This document shows positions 15,686 to 25,053 of a stretch of DNA of 32,000 nt, piece after piece. Both the position numbers and the translations under genes were made by a program. Below the pieces are notes generated by a model. It saw nothing but the letters and a program-made list of their open reading frames with translations, was not told the DNA's origin and did not search any database. The DNA is from Planctopirus limnophila DSM 3776 (GTDB taxonomy: Bacteria > Planctomycetota > Planctomycetia > Planctomycetales > Planctomycetaceae), in assembly GCF_000092105.1 (NCBI RefSeq), contig NC_014148.1:3570001-3602000 (forward strand), given 5' to 3'. The number at the start of each line of letters is the position of its first letter. Position 1 is the first letter of the stretch.

Positions 15686-16939
15686 TCAATCTCGTTGTAA
15701 CTGATCGGCATGCTCTTTGAGCTTCAGCAGAATCGCCATGACTTCACGAGTCGCCTCCTCACTTCCCGAAAGTGCTGTATGATGCAGTTGCAGCACATTT
15801 CTCCCGGCGGCACTGGCATGGACCAGATCGCCAGCGTGACGATATCGCTTTGAAGAATGGGTTTCGTGCAGTGCCTGGAATCCCTCAGCCAATGGTAATC
15901 CCTCAGCCCTCGCCGCAGCCACCAGCCGTGCCCTGCTCAAACCACCCCAGATTTCGGGCTCGTACCATAAACCCAGTTTGTACAACGAAACCAAAAAACT
16001 TTCGTCGTGCCGATCATTCGAAACATGTCGCTGACCACACAACTCATCCCAGGCCGCTTCTATGGTCATGGCCTGTCGCCAACGATGCCGATCCTGAGTT
16101 GCCAGGATCCTCCACTGTGGCCTGACCACCAGCGCCTGCAGCTCGGAAAGAGGGTAGGCCTCATTCCCACGTTGAGTGTACAGCCTGAGTCTCGCTTCCT
16201 GCCGCTCGGTCGAAAGCAAGACAGCCCCGCCTCGACCTGCAGTGATCGGCTTACTCCCACCAAAACTGAACGCCACAATCTCTCCCACAGGCTGCTCACC
16301 GACATGGCTTTGGAGGGCAGACTCACCATTGATTTCGGCACCCAATAGCTCGCAGCTGGCATATCGTGCTGGTGACTGGCAGGCATCTTCAATCAGCACC
16401 ACTTCACGAGCCTGGCACAAATCTCGTAATCGTAACCAATCCGGCGTTTGCCCATGCAGATGGCTCGCAATCAATGCTTTCACTCGCGGCGAATCAGCCG
16501 CTTCTAACCCCAGTGGATCGATCGTCCAGCATTCTGGCACCACATCGACCAGCACAGGCAACGCACCCACAGCCAGGACATTCTTGAAATTCGCCTCAAA
16601 GTCATAGGCGGCCAGCAGAACTTCATCACCTGGCCCCACGCCAGCTGCTCTCAAGGCCAGTTCGATGGCCACGGTACCACTGGATGTCAGTACGGGTCTG
16701 CGACCGGGAAATCGCTGAGCCAGATCCTCACGCAAACCCGCATGCTCGCCCCCTTCATAGACCGCCCATTGATCCCCCTGCAACGCGCGGGCTATTTGAT
16801 CGGCAATTTCATTTCGCGGCAGTAAACGAGCCGGTGCCCCCTGAGGCCAAAACGCAGGTCCACCCAGAATCGCAGGCACTTGCGTAATCTGCGATTCGAA
16901 CTGCTGCCGTATTTCACTGAGCAACTTCGATTGATTCAT
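15686..16939 (-). CDS. DegT/DnrJ/EryC1/StrS-family PLP-dependent aminotransferase
   Basis: SGTVAIELALRAAGVGPGDEVLL..., ...VLIEDACQS..., and the PLP-lysine motif FSFGGSKPITAGRGGAVL. Start at the ATG at 16939 (MNQSKLL). The ORF track begins 6 nt earlier at a TTG. Confidence 0.82.
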   Translation of the reverse strand: MNQSKLLSEIRQQFESQITQVPAILGGPAFWPQGAPARLLPRNEIADQIARALQGDQWAVYEGGEHAGLREDLAQRFPGRRPVLTSSGTVAIELALRAAGVGPGDEVLLAAYDFEANFKNVLAVGALPVLVDVVPECWTIDPLGLEAADSPRVKALIASHLHGQTPDWLRLRDLCQAREVVLIEDACQSPARYASCELLGAEINGESALQSHVGEQPVGEIVAFSFGGSKPITAGRGGAVLLSTERQEARLRLYTQRGNEAYPLSELQALVVRPQWRILATQDRHRWRQAMTIEAAWDELCGQRHVSNDRHDESFLVSLYKLGLWYEPEIWGGLSRARLVAAARAEGLPLAEGFQALHETHSSKRYRHAGDLVHASAAGRNVLQLHHTALSGSEEATREVMAILLKLKEHADQLQRD

Positions 16940-17053
16940 ACCCAAGAAGTTCGCACACTCTTGAATAGCTTTCCAGCTCTGGCTGAAGATCTCTCGCAGT
17001 CGAACGAGTCAGTCACTTCTTCCAGCCGCACCCGATTGTCGAGCAGAAACCCC

Positions 17054-17356
17054 ATGAGCGACGATCCTCCACCAAGACAACTGGGCGATGTCCTCGCACA
17101 ACTGATGCAATTGCGCGGATATTCACAAATTCAGGAAGACGATCGCCTCCGTTCTGCCTGGAAACAAGTGGTTCCCGCAGCCTATTCGACTCTCACCCGA
17201 CCCGCCAAGATCTCTCGTGGTGTCCTGCAGGTTTACGTCTCTCACCCGGCAGCTCTCAGTGAACTTTCAGCCTTTCACCAGAAACCCATCGTCGAAAATC
17301 TGCAGAAAATACTCCCAGAGCTCAAACTCAAAGACATCAAATTCCGTCTGGGATAA
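17054..17356 (+). CDS. DUF721-family protein (DciA-like)
   Basis: About 100 aa: LGDVLAQLMQLRGY...LRSAWKQVVPAAYSTLTRPAKISRGVLQVYVSHPAALSELSAFHQKPIVENLQKILPELKLKDIKFRLG matches the DUF721 pattern. First ATG of the conserved part is at 17054. Confidence 0.7.
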   Translation: MSDDPPPRQLGDVLAQLMQLRGYSQIQEDDRLRSAWKQVVPAAYSTLTRPAKISRGVLQVYVSHPAALSELSAFHQKPIVENLQKILPELKLKDIKFRLG

Positions 17357-17487
17357 CACGACTTCGTGCCCGGATTGATTCGTTTTGCTCGGCGAGCAAA
17401 CTGCGAATTCTGCTGGTCGAATCCGCTCCAAAGCAGTTCCCCTTTACGCTTTGGATGAAATCTTTTGTAATGCCCCTTTGATTTCCA

Positions 17488-19608
17488 GTGTTCAGGGATT
17501 CGAACCAAGGATCAATTTTCGTGCGGGAATGGAGTCGCCTCGCGAGGTACGTTAAGCCGTATTGGAAGCTGCTGGCATTTGCCATCAGCTTCGGAGGTGT
17601 TGTTGCGCTCCTCTGGGGTGGTGCGCTGCTGCTCACTTACCCCGTCATCAAAGTCTTTCTTGAAGGCGAACATCTCGGCTCTTACATCCAGAACGAGATT
17701 GAAACCTCTTCCAGAAAGCTCGACGAATCAAGAAACGAACTCCATCAACTGCTGATTCGCCACGGTATGGCTCTCGAACCAGAGGTCGGCCCTGCTGCGA
17801 TCTCCTCACAAGCCTCTCATCCATCGACAGTAAAAACTTTGCCTCTCAGCGCCACACGCGAGCAGGCCAGACTCCAGAAAGAGATCGACACCTGGGCTCG
17901 CAGGCTTTACCTCATGACGTGGCTTAACCAGCGCGTTGTCCCCTGGCTGCCAGATGACCCCTTCCGACTGCTGCTGGGACTCATGGGAATTCTTGTTGCC
18001 GCGACTTTCCTCAAAGGAGCCGCGACGGTCATACAAGATCTCTATGTCGGTAAAGTGGCTGAACTGACTGTCATGGATTTGAGAAAAGACCTCTATCGCC
18101 ATCTGTTGAAATCTGATCCTCTCGAAGTCGCTGCCACTGGGACTCCCCGGTACATGGCGACGTTCATGAATGACACTCAGCAATTGACACAAGGCTTAAT
18201 GCTCGCTGGCGGCGAAGTCATTCGCGAACCTCTCAAAGCCGTTACTTGCCTCAGTGCCGCACTGATGATCAACTTTCGCCTGACCTTTGTGCTGCTGCTG
18301 TTCGTGCCAATCGCCGGTGCGATGTTCTACCTGCTCAGCCGCAGGCTCAAACGAGCCATGCATCGCACGCTCGATGCCATGTCTCGCATCTATCAGCAAC
18401 TGGAAGAAACCTTTTCGCTTTCTCGAATCGTCATTGCCTTTGGAACACAGCGCGATCACCGGGCCCGCTTTCGACGCGAGAATCGCGCGTATTTCCGTAA
18501 AGCCCTGCAAATCGTCAGGATCGATGCACTCAGCAGCCCTGTCGCTGAAAACCTCGGAATGATGGCGGTGATGGCCGTTCTCATTCCGGCAGGTTATCTC
18601 GTTCTTGAAGGCCAGACATTCATCGGCCCGATCCAGTTCACTGAAACCCCCATGAACTTCACCGATCTTTCTGTGCTCTACACACTCATGGCGGGAACTC
18701 TTGACCCTATCCGCAAATTCTCGCGATACGTCACGCGTATCCGCCAGACGGGAACGGCCGCCGAACGAATTTTCAACGCTCTCGATCAGCACCCCTCGAT
18801 CATTCCACCTGCGAATCCAGTCCCACTTCCGAGGCATGCCGAAGCAATTCGCTTTGAAGGCATTACATTCACTTATCCGCAGGCCGAAGGTGAGAACCGT
18901 CGACCGGTGCTCGTCGATCTCGATCTGACGATCCATGCCGGAGAGGCTGTCGCGATTGTCGGCACCAATGGCTCTGGAAAATCGACACTGGTCAATCTAT
19001 TGCCTCGCTTCGCTGACCCTCAAAAAGGCCGTATCCTGATTGATGGTATCGATCTCCGCGATGTCAAACCTCGCGATTTGAGAGATCAGATCGCCATTGT
19101 TTCTCAGGAAACCATGCTCTTCGATGATTCGATTGCCGGGAATATTCGCAGCGGTGCCTCCACAGAACAGGAATCTCCCACGCGCGAAGCGATTGAATCA
19201 GCGGCCGCCCGAAGTTCCGTTCTCGAATTCGCCAACAAACTTCCCGATGGCCTGGAAACAGGCCTGGGTTCCGGTGGCCGGGAGCTCTCTGGAGGCCAGC
19301 GTCAGCGGATCGCACTGGCCAGAGCCATACTTCGCAACCCTTCCATCCTGATCCTCGACGAGCCGACATCTGCGATTGATGCCCACAGCGAGCAGGCCAT
19401 TCAGAAAGCTCTGGCCGAATTTACAAAAGGCCGCACCACCTTACTGATTACGCATGCGATGTCGCCTTCGTTACTCAGCTTCATCAGCCGGATTGTCGTC
19501 CTCGATCAGGGTCGCCTGATTGCTGATGGCCAGCATCACGAATTGCTCGCCACCTGCCCCATTTACCAGCGACTCTTCCACAGCGAACCGCTGCAAGCCG
19601 CTGCTTAA
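17488..19608 (+). CDS. ABC exporter, fused permease/ATPase (MsbA-like type I exporter)
   Basis: Walker A GTNGSGKST, signature LSGGQRQRIALARA, Walker B ILILDEPTSAID, and six predicted TM helices. There is no in-frame ATG near the 5' end. A GTG at 17488 or at 17521 is the plausible start. Confidence 0.9.
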   Translation: MFRDSNQGSIFVREWSRLARYVKPYWKLLAFAISFGGVVALLWGGALLLTYPVIKVFLEGEHLGSYIQNEIETSSRKLDESRNELHQLLIRHGMALEPEVGPAAISSQASHPSTVKTLPLSATREQARLQKEIDTWARRLYLMTWLNQRVVPWLPDDPFRLLLGLMGILVAATFLKGAATVIQDLYVGKVAELTVMDLRKDLYRHLLKSDPLEVAATGTPRYMATFMNDTQQLTQGLMLAGGEVIREPLKAVTCLSAALMINFRLTFVLLLFVPIAGAMFYLLSRRLKRAMHRTLDAMSRIYQQLEETFSLSRIVIAFGTQRDHRARFRRENRAYFRKALQIVRIDALSSPVAENLGMMAVMAVLIPAGYLVLEGQTFIGPIQFTETPMNFTDLSVLYTLMAGTLDPIRKFSRYVTRIRQTGTAAERIFNALDQHPSIIPPANPVPLPRHAEAIRFEGITFTYPQAEGENRRPVLVDLDLTIHAGEAVAIVGTNGSGKSTLVNLLPRFADPQKGRILIDGIDLRDVKPRDLRDQIAIVSQETMLFDDSIAGNIRSGASTEQESPTREAIESAAARSSVLEFANKLPDGLETGLGSGGRELSGGQRQRIALARAILRNPSILILDEPTSAIDAHSEQAIQKALAEFTKGRTTLLITHAMSPSLLSFISRIVVLDQGRLIADGQHHELLATCPIYQRLFHSEPLQAAA

Positions 19609-19620
19609 GGTCTGGTTTTA

Positions 19621-19686
19621 GGTGTTTGGTATTGGGTATTTGAGTGACCCAATGTTTCTAGTATCGAATACCAAATGCCAAACACC
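19621..19686. repeat. Imperfect 20-bp inverted repeat between convergent genes (hairpin without a U-run)
   Basis: ggtgtttggtattgggtatt (19621-19640) against aataccaaatgccaaacacc (19667-19686), 18/20 complementary. The region is rich in ccaaa/tttgg motifs. Confidence 0.6.
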
Positions 19687-19700
19687 CAATGCCAATCGTA

Positions 19701-20621
19701 TTACGCATTCACTTCCAGCACCCACAAAATCAACGCTTTCGCCAGATGCATACGATTTTCGGCCTGCTGAAAGACAATGCTCTGTGGGCCATCAATAATC
19801 TCATCGGTCACTTCCTTCCCCCGCTTGGCAGGGAGGCAGTGCATAAACCGGGCTGATGCCGGAGCCAGCTTCAGCAGATTCTCATTGACCTGGAATGGCT
19901 GGAAAACTTGCTGCCGGGCTTCCGCCTCCGCTTCCTGCCCCATACTCGTCCAGACATCGGTATAAATCACCGCCGCATCTTTGAGAGCTTCGGCAAAGTT
20001 CGATGTCTCCGTAATGTGAATCTTGGGCAGGTAAGATTTCACCCGGTCGAGGAAATCTGCTCCCAAGCGGTATTCTTCCGGAGCACACAGCACAAACTCG
20101 ACACCCAGCATCGAACAGCACGTTGCCAGCGATGTCGCCACGTTGTTGCCATCACCGACAAATACAAACTTCTTTCCCGCGATCGAGCCAAAGACTTCCT
20201 GCATCGTAAAGAGATCTGTCAGTGCCTGGCATGGATGTCGATCATCCGACAACCCATTGATCACCGGCACCCCCGCATACTGGACGAATTCGTCAATCAG
20301 TTGCTGGGAAAATGTTCTGAGCGCGATCACATCGCTATAGCCACCAATGACGCGGGCGACATCCTGCACAGCTTCCCGTCCACCAATCCCGGCATCTTTG
20401 GCAGAGAGAAAAATACTGCTCCCCCCCAGTTGCATCATGGCAGCATCAAAACTCAACCGGGTCCGCAACGAGGGCTTTTCGAAGATCTGGGTCAGCACAC
20501 GCCCGGGCATCAACTGCGGACGAATCCCCTTCGCCACACCAGTTTTCATTCGCTTCGCCAGCGCAAAAATCTCTTCAATATCTGTGGTGGAAAGATCCAC
20601 CAGCGCGTTCAAATGTCGCAT
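19701..20621 (-). CDS. argF: Ornithine carbamoyltransferase
   Basis: Carbamoyl-phosphate motif SLRTRLSF, HPCQALTDL, DVWTSMGQE and HCLPAKRGKEVT. 306 aa. Confidence 0.92.
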   Translation of the reverse strand: MRHLNALVDLSTTDIEEIFALAKRMKTGVAKGIRPQLMPGRVLTQIFEKPSLRTRLSFDAAMMQLGGSSIFLSAKDAGIGGREAVQDVARVIGGYSDVIALRTFSQQLIDEFVQYAGVPVINGLSDDRHPCQALTDLFTMQEVFGSIAGKKFVFVGDGNNVATSLATCCSMLGVEFVLCAPEEYRLGADFLDRVKSYLPKIHITETSNFAEALKDAAVIYTDVWTSMGQEAEAEARQQVFQPFQVNENLLKLAPASARFMHCLPAKRGKEVTDEIIDGPQSIVFQQAENRMHLAKALILWVLEVNA

Positions 20622-20755
20622 ATCCCAAACCTATTCACTCGCGGCCTGCTCCATGCGAGAAGACCCTGTCATCGCTGTTGTCCCTGGCTTCAATAACAAT
20701 CAAACCCAGGAAATTTCTTTCACGCCAAGAGCCGTTCTCCAGATGCGTGAACCTC

Positions 20756-20804
20756 TTAAAAACAAGATTGAACGCGAAGGCTCAAAGCTCCCCCGCGTTC
20801 AATC
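20756..20804 (-). terminator. Intrinsic terminator or attenuator between argD and argF
   Basis: Perfect 11-bp stem gattgaacgcg (20766-20776) / cgcgttcaatc (20794-20804). On the - strand it is followed by TTGTTTTT (20765-20758). Confidence 0.6.
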
Positions 20805-20857
20805 GAAATAGTCGAATTTTTCACTGCGAATTGGATTTTCATCCATTCAATCCCTCG

Positions 20858-20872
20858 TGTGGATCATCCACA
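20858..20872. repeat. Perfect palindrome TGTGGAT-C-ATCCACA in the argD-argF spacer
   Basis: 7-bp arms. The adjacent imperfect palindrome gaattggattttcatccattc (20828-20848) has GAAT/ATTC ends. Confidence 0.5.
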
Positions 20873-20952
20873 ACGGCGATTGAACAGTGATCTTCGCTGA
20901 ACATTGCTTATCTTGACAGCGCTTACCTGCAAAACCTGAGAATTCCTGAACC

Positions 20953-22164
20953 TTACGACACCTGTTGAGCCATCTCTCGCAAGACTTCCAGCAAGACGTC
21001 ACATCCTTCATCGACCTGTTCGGGGGTGATGTTGAGCGGAGGCAGCAATCGAATCACGGTATCGTGCGTCGCGTTGATCAAAACGCCACGTTCCATACAC
21101 TTTGCCACGGCAGGCATGGCCGAAATCTTCAATTCCATGCCGATCATCATGCCTCGAATGCGGATCTCCTGCACAATCGGCAATTCTTCCGCAATCTGCT
21201 CAAATCGCTCACGGAACTTTTCGCCCATTTCCTTCGCGTTGTCCAGCAACCCTTCCTCTTCAATTGTCCGAAACGTGGCAATTCCTGCCGCCATCGCCAG
21301 AGGGTTTCCACCAAATGTACTTCCGTGCATCCCTGGTTTCAGGCAGGCTGCGACTTCATCACGGCAGATCACAGCCCCTGCAGCCACACCCGCTGCCAGA
21401 CCTTTCGCCAGCGACATGATATCGGGCTCAACACCTGAGTGCTGATAGCCGAACCACTCGCCGGTTCGCCCGGATCCCGATTGAACTTCATCGAAGATCA
21501 GTAGAATCCCTTCGGCATCGCACAGGGCTCGCAAACCCTGCAGGAACTCAGTCGTCGCAATATTCACGCCCCCTTCGCCTTGAACCGGCTCCAGCATAAT
21601 CGCAGCAGTTTCCTGATCGATCAACTGCTTCACCGCATCCAGGTTGTTGTACGGTGCGTAGCGGAAACCGGGGAGTAACGGATGAAAGCCCTCGTGGTAT
21701 TTCGGCTGGGCAGTCGCCGTCAAGGCCCCAAATGTGCGGCCGTGGAATCCATTCTCAAACGAGATAATCCGATACCTGCCAACCCCAGCCTTAGCCGCCC
21801 GCGCGATCTTGATGGCAGCTTCATTCGCTTCAGCACCGCTATTACAGAAAAACGCTTTACCGAAGCTTCGAGTGCACAGCATCTCGGCAAACTCGCCCTG
21901 AGCCTCGGTGTACCACGAGTTGGGTACGTGAATCAGCTTTTCGGCTTGCTCCTGCAAGGCACGCACCACCGCAGGAGGCGAATGCCCCAGAACATTGCAG
22001 CCCCAACCGGGAAACAGATCGAGATAGCGGCGCCCTTCGGCATCCCAGACGTACGAGCCTTCGCCCTGCACAATGCAGACCGGATAGCGGCGATAGTTCG
22101 ACACCACATACTTGTCGAACTTCGATATTGTTTCCTGACTCGACTGGGTGGCCATTGCGTGCAT
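20953..22164 (-). CDS. argD: Acetylornithine aminotransferase (class III PLP aminotransferase)
   Basis: [64 protein letters not shown] and the PLP lysine in [10 protein letters not shown]. Alternative ATG at 22155. Confidence 0.9.
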   Translation of the reverse strand: MHAMATQSSQETISKFDKYVVSNYRRYPVCIVQGEGSYVWDAEGRRYLDLFPGWGCNVLGHSPPAVVRALQEQAEKLIHVPNSWYTEAQGEFAEMLCTRSFGKAFFCNSGAEANEAAIKIARAAKAGVGRYRIISFENGFHGRTFGALTATAQPKYHEGFHPLLPGFRYAPYNNLDAVKQLIDQETAAIMLEPVQGEGGVNIATTEFLQGLRALCDAEGILLIFDEVQSGSGRTGEWFGYQHSGVEPDIMSLAKGLAAGVAAGAVICRDEVAACLKPGMHGSTFGGNPLAMAAGIATFRTIEEEGLLDNAKEMGEKFRERFEQIAEELPIVQEIRIRGMMIGMELKISAMPAVAKCMERGVLINATHDTVIRLLPPLNITPEQVDEGCDVLLEVLREMAQQVS

Positions 22165-22379
22165 TGGCTCGTCTCTTCAATCATCACGCCGGCTTGCCGG
22201 CGAAAACCCAATTGGCCCCAAAATCACTCTGGCAACTCCCCGGTGGGAAGTTCTTCACCTTCACCAAAAGTGAGCGATCGGCAAGCTCAGGGCCCAGGCT
22301 TGCCGTATTTTCTCGAAGAAGAACGACTGAGAATTGTATCAGATCCGATGCAGGCAATGAAATATGCTCTGCACTTCGT

Positions 22380-22406
22380 CATTCGAATCCCATGCATTCG
22401 AATCCC
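22380..22406. repeat. Tandem direct repeat cattcgaatccc-atg-cattcgaatccc
   Basis: 12-mer copies at 22380-22391 and 22395-22406, 34-60 nt downstream of the argB stop. Confidence 0.85.
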
Positions 22407-22439
22407 GGTACTCCAACCTGACTCAATTTTTCAGAGAGT

Positions 22440-23315
22440 TTACGGGACGATCTCGGTTCCTATCCCACGGTTCGAATAAATTTCCAGAAGTACTGAATGG
22501 GGAATTCTCGCATCGATGATGTGTACCTTCTTCACCCCCGCAGCCAGAGCTTCTAAAGCCGCCTCGACCTTGGGAACCATTCCTGCATCGATTGTACCAT
22601 CGGCAATCAGTTCCCGGCAGCGTGCTGCCGTCAGGTGAGATTGCAACGTCGAAGGATCCTTTCGATCGAGGAAGATCCCTGGCACATCACTTAAAAACAT
22701 CAGTTTATCGGCCTGAATCAAACGGGCCACAGCTGCTGCCGCCGTATCTGCATTCACATTCAGTCGATCGCCCTGTTCATCCAGTGCCACCGAAGGTAGG
22801 ACAGGAATCCGTCCCCCGCGGCAGGCTGTCAGCAGGACATCGCGGTCAATATCTGTCACTTCACCCACACGCCCCAGATCAATCGGTTCTCCCCCAGGGT
22901 TCGGTAGAAACAGTTGCTTTCCTTTGAGCACATTCACCGTGAGATAACTGAATCCAACGGCATCGCCGCCTTGCCGCTCGATCTCTTCAACCAGCGAACC
23001 ACAAATTTCACCCGCCAAAGTTTTCGTGACAATCTCCAGTGTCTGTTCATCCGTGTAACGACGACCCTGCACCCAGCGAGGTGTAATCCCAGCCGTTGAC
23101 ATGGCGGCGTTAATCGCCTTTCCACCACCGTGGATCAGAATCGGGCGTGCCCCCACGGTCTCCATAAAAATCACATCGGTGAGAAACTGCCGAATGGCGG
23201 CTGTTTCCTCGAGAGCACTTCCTCCCAGCTTGATGACGACATGTCGATCGCGAAACTGGCGGATCCAGCCGAGCGCTTCCAGCAGCACATCTGCTTTCCG
23301 GATCGCGGTCTGCAT
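22440..23315 (-). CDS. argB: N-acetylglutamate kinase
   Basis: [20 protein letters not shown] and [13 protein letters not shown]. About 291 aa from the ATG at 23315 ([11 protein letters not shown]...). The 46-aa extension on the ORF track has no ArgB-like sequence. Confidence 0.9.
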   Translation of the reverse strand: MQTAIRKADVLLEALGWIRQFRDRHVVIKLGGSALEETAAIRQFLTDVIFMETVGARPILIHGGGKAINAAMSTAGITPRWVQGRRYTDEQTLEIVTKTLAGEICGSLVEEIERQGGDAVGFSYLTVNVLKGKQLFLPNPGGEPIDLGRVGEVTDIDRDVLLTACRGGRIPVLPSVALDEQGDRLNVNADTAAAAVARLIQADKLMFLSDVPGIFLDRKDPSTLQSHLTAARCRELIADGTIDAGMVPKVEAALEALAAGVKKVHIIDARIPHSVLLEIYSNRGIGTEIVP

Positions 23316-23779
23316 GGGTGTTTCCGTTTGTTCAATCAAAGCATCGCCACTTATTTGACCAGCAGTCACTGAAGCCAATCCTGTTGCATTCAATCGAGGA
23401 GTCCTCTGCCAAAATTTCAGGCAAACATCAGCATACAAATGTGACAAACGCACCCGCGAGAATCTTTCCAGAGTTTACACAGACACCGTTCAACATGCGA
23501 AGTTCATCGAAATCTTCGCCTCCAGACGCCAAGACGGTCTGACTCGAAATAGACCGCCACGACTTCATTGCCACGGGTTCATCACGAGGAAATCAATTCA
23601 AGAAGTCATACATACGCAACTTTGTCCAAAGAGATCACCAGAACTTCTTGTTTTTTGCACACAGTCAGTGGATGGCCCTCACTGAGACATCACTGCATGA
23701 GAGAATGAATCACCAACGTTTGTATCTGGCTTGCCAGATCCTTGCGGGGACTCGACGATACATGGACTGATTCTCCTGA

Positions 23780-23815
23780 AAAATCTCGCACCTCCGCTTA
23801 TAGAAAATCTCGCAC
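23780..23815. repeat. 12-bp direct repeat aaaatctcgcac x2 immediately upstream of ispE
   Basis: Copies at 23780-23791 and 23804-23815 (24-nt period), 16-51 nt upstream of the ispE start. Confidence 0.8.
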
Positions 23816-23830
23816 AAAAGGTGAGCTTAA

Positions 23831-24757
23831 TTGCAGTTACAACAATCTGAAAACCGTCTTATTGTTCAGGCACCCGCCAAACTCAACCTCTCTCTGCGGA
23901 TTCTCGCGCGTCGTCCCGATGGTTTTCACGAGATCGAAACGGTCATGGTTTCCATCCAGCATTACGACACGCTCTCCTTCGCCCCCTCTTCCCAAACTGA
24001 CATTTCATTTCGATTTGAGGATCTGACGCATCATCCATTAGCAACCACAACACATTCGTTCGCGGATGAAACGGCTCTTGTCCCTCAGGATCACACCAAT
24101 CTGGTTGTTCGTGCGGCACTCCTGCTGAAGGAATATGCAAAGGTTGACTGCGGAGCCGAGATCCTTCTGCAGAAAAGAATTCCCGCCGCGGCTGGCCTTG
24201 CCGGCGGTTCCAGTAATGCCGCCGCCACGCTGGCTGCTCTCAATCAGTTATGGAATCTTCGGTTAACTTTGCAGGAACTTTCTCAGCTCGCGTCACAGTT
24301 AGGAAGTGATATTCCCTTCTTCCTTTGCGGCAAACCGATGGCAGTCTGCCGCGGGCGTGGCGAGATCATTGAGCCTGTCGAACTTCAGGAAAAGCTGTGG
24401 TTTGTTGTAGCAAAACCACCAGCTGGGCTCTCGACAGCACTCGTCTACCGACATTGCCAACCCACCCAGAATTCTCCCTCAATCGCTCCATTGCTCAGCA
24501 ACCTGGCGAAGGGAGATCAAATCAGCGCGGCACATGCTTTGCATAATGGTCTTCAAGCAGCAGCAGTCGAGCTCTGCCCTGCAATTCGTCAGCTCGAGTC
24601 CACTTTTGCAAACCTTGATGTGATTGCCCATCAAATGAGCGGAAGCGGGACTGCTTACTTCGGTTGGTGCAGAAGCGAAGCGGCAGCTCACACTGCAGCC
24701 CAGCAACTCACTCACCTGGGACTGGCACAGGTCTTCGTGGCTTGCTCCGGATTGTAA
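23831..24757 (+). CDS. ispE: 4-diphosphocytidyl-2-C-methyl-D-erythritol kinase (GHMP kinase)
   Basis: APAKLNLSLRILARRPDGFHEIETV and the GHMP motif KRIPAAAGLAGGSSNAAATLAALN. The TTG start at 23831 directly follows an in-frame TAA, and AAGGTGA lies about 9 nt upstream. Confidence 0.88.
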   Translation: MQLQQSENRLIVQAPAKLNLSLRILARRPDGFHEIETVMVSIQHYDTLSFAPSSQTDISFRFEDLTHHPLATTTHSFADETALVPQDHTNLVVRAALLLKEYAKVDCGAEILLQKRIPAAAGLAGGSSNAAATLAALNQLWNLRLTLQELSQLASQLGSDIPFFLCGKPMAVCRGRGEIIEPVELQEKLWFVVAKPPAGLSTALVYRHCQPTQNSPSIAPLLSNLAKGDQISAAHALHNGLQAAAVELCPAIRQLESTFANLDVIAHQMSGSGTAYFGWCRSEAAAHTAAQQLTHLGLAQVFVACSGL

Positions 24758-25053
24758 CGTGGATTGGCAATCAAACGACGAGATTCGTCTCACTCCCATC
24801 TCTCGCTGAATATCGTGTTCCTGGTGGTACTCGCGATGTTTGCGATCCATCGTCCATCGAAGTTCTAACCGCCTTTCCATGCTCAGCGATCTGCAGTGTC
24901 GTCAAGTATTGAATGGCTATCGTTTCAATCTCAATTCAACCTGTTTTTGTGCTGAGAGTCGGCACAAATCTGTTGGTGCTGATTCAACTTTCGTGATGTT
25001 TTGTCATTTCATTCTACCGGTGTTCGTCATTCCGAATGATGAGGAGTACGGCC

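Noticed and set aside
23316-23453. N-terminal extensions on the ORF track for argB, and likewise for the STAS gene (to 10528), the HK (to 4295), DUF721 (from 16880), spoVG (from 25036), the lipoprotein (to 27879), the protease (to 29347) and the cytochrome c'-like gene (to 30690).
   Set aside because: The extensions have no family-like sequence. Several would create large overlaps with neighbouring genes. Internal ATGs coincide with the start of conserved or signal-peptide sequence and, in several cases, with an SD-like motif.
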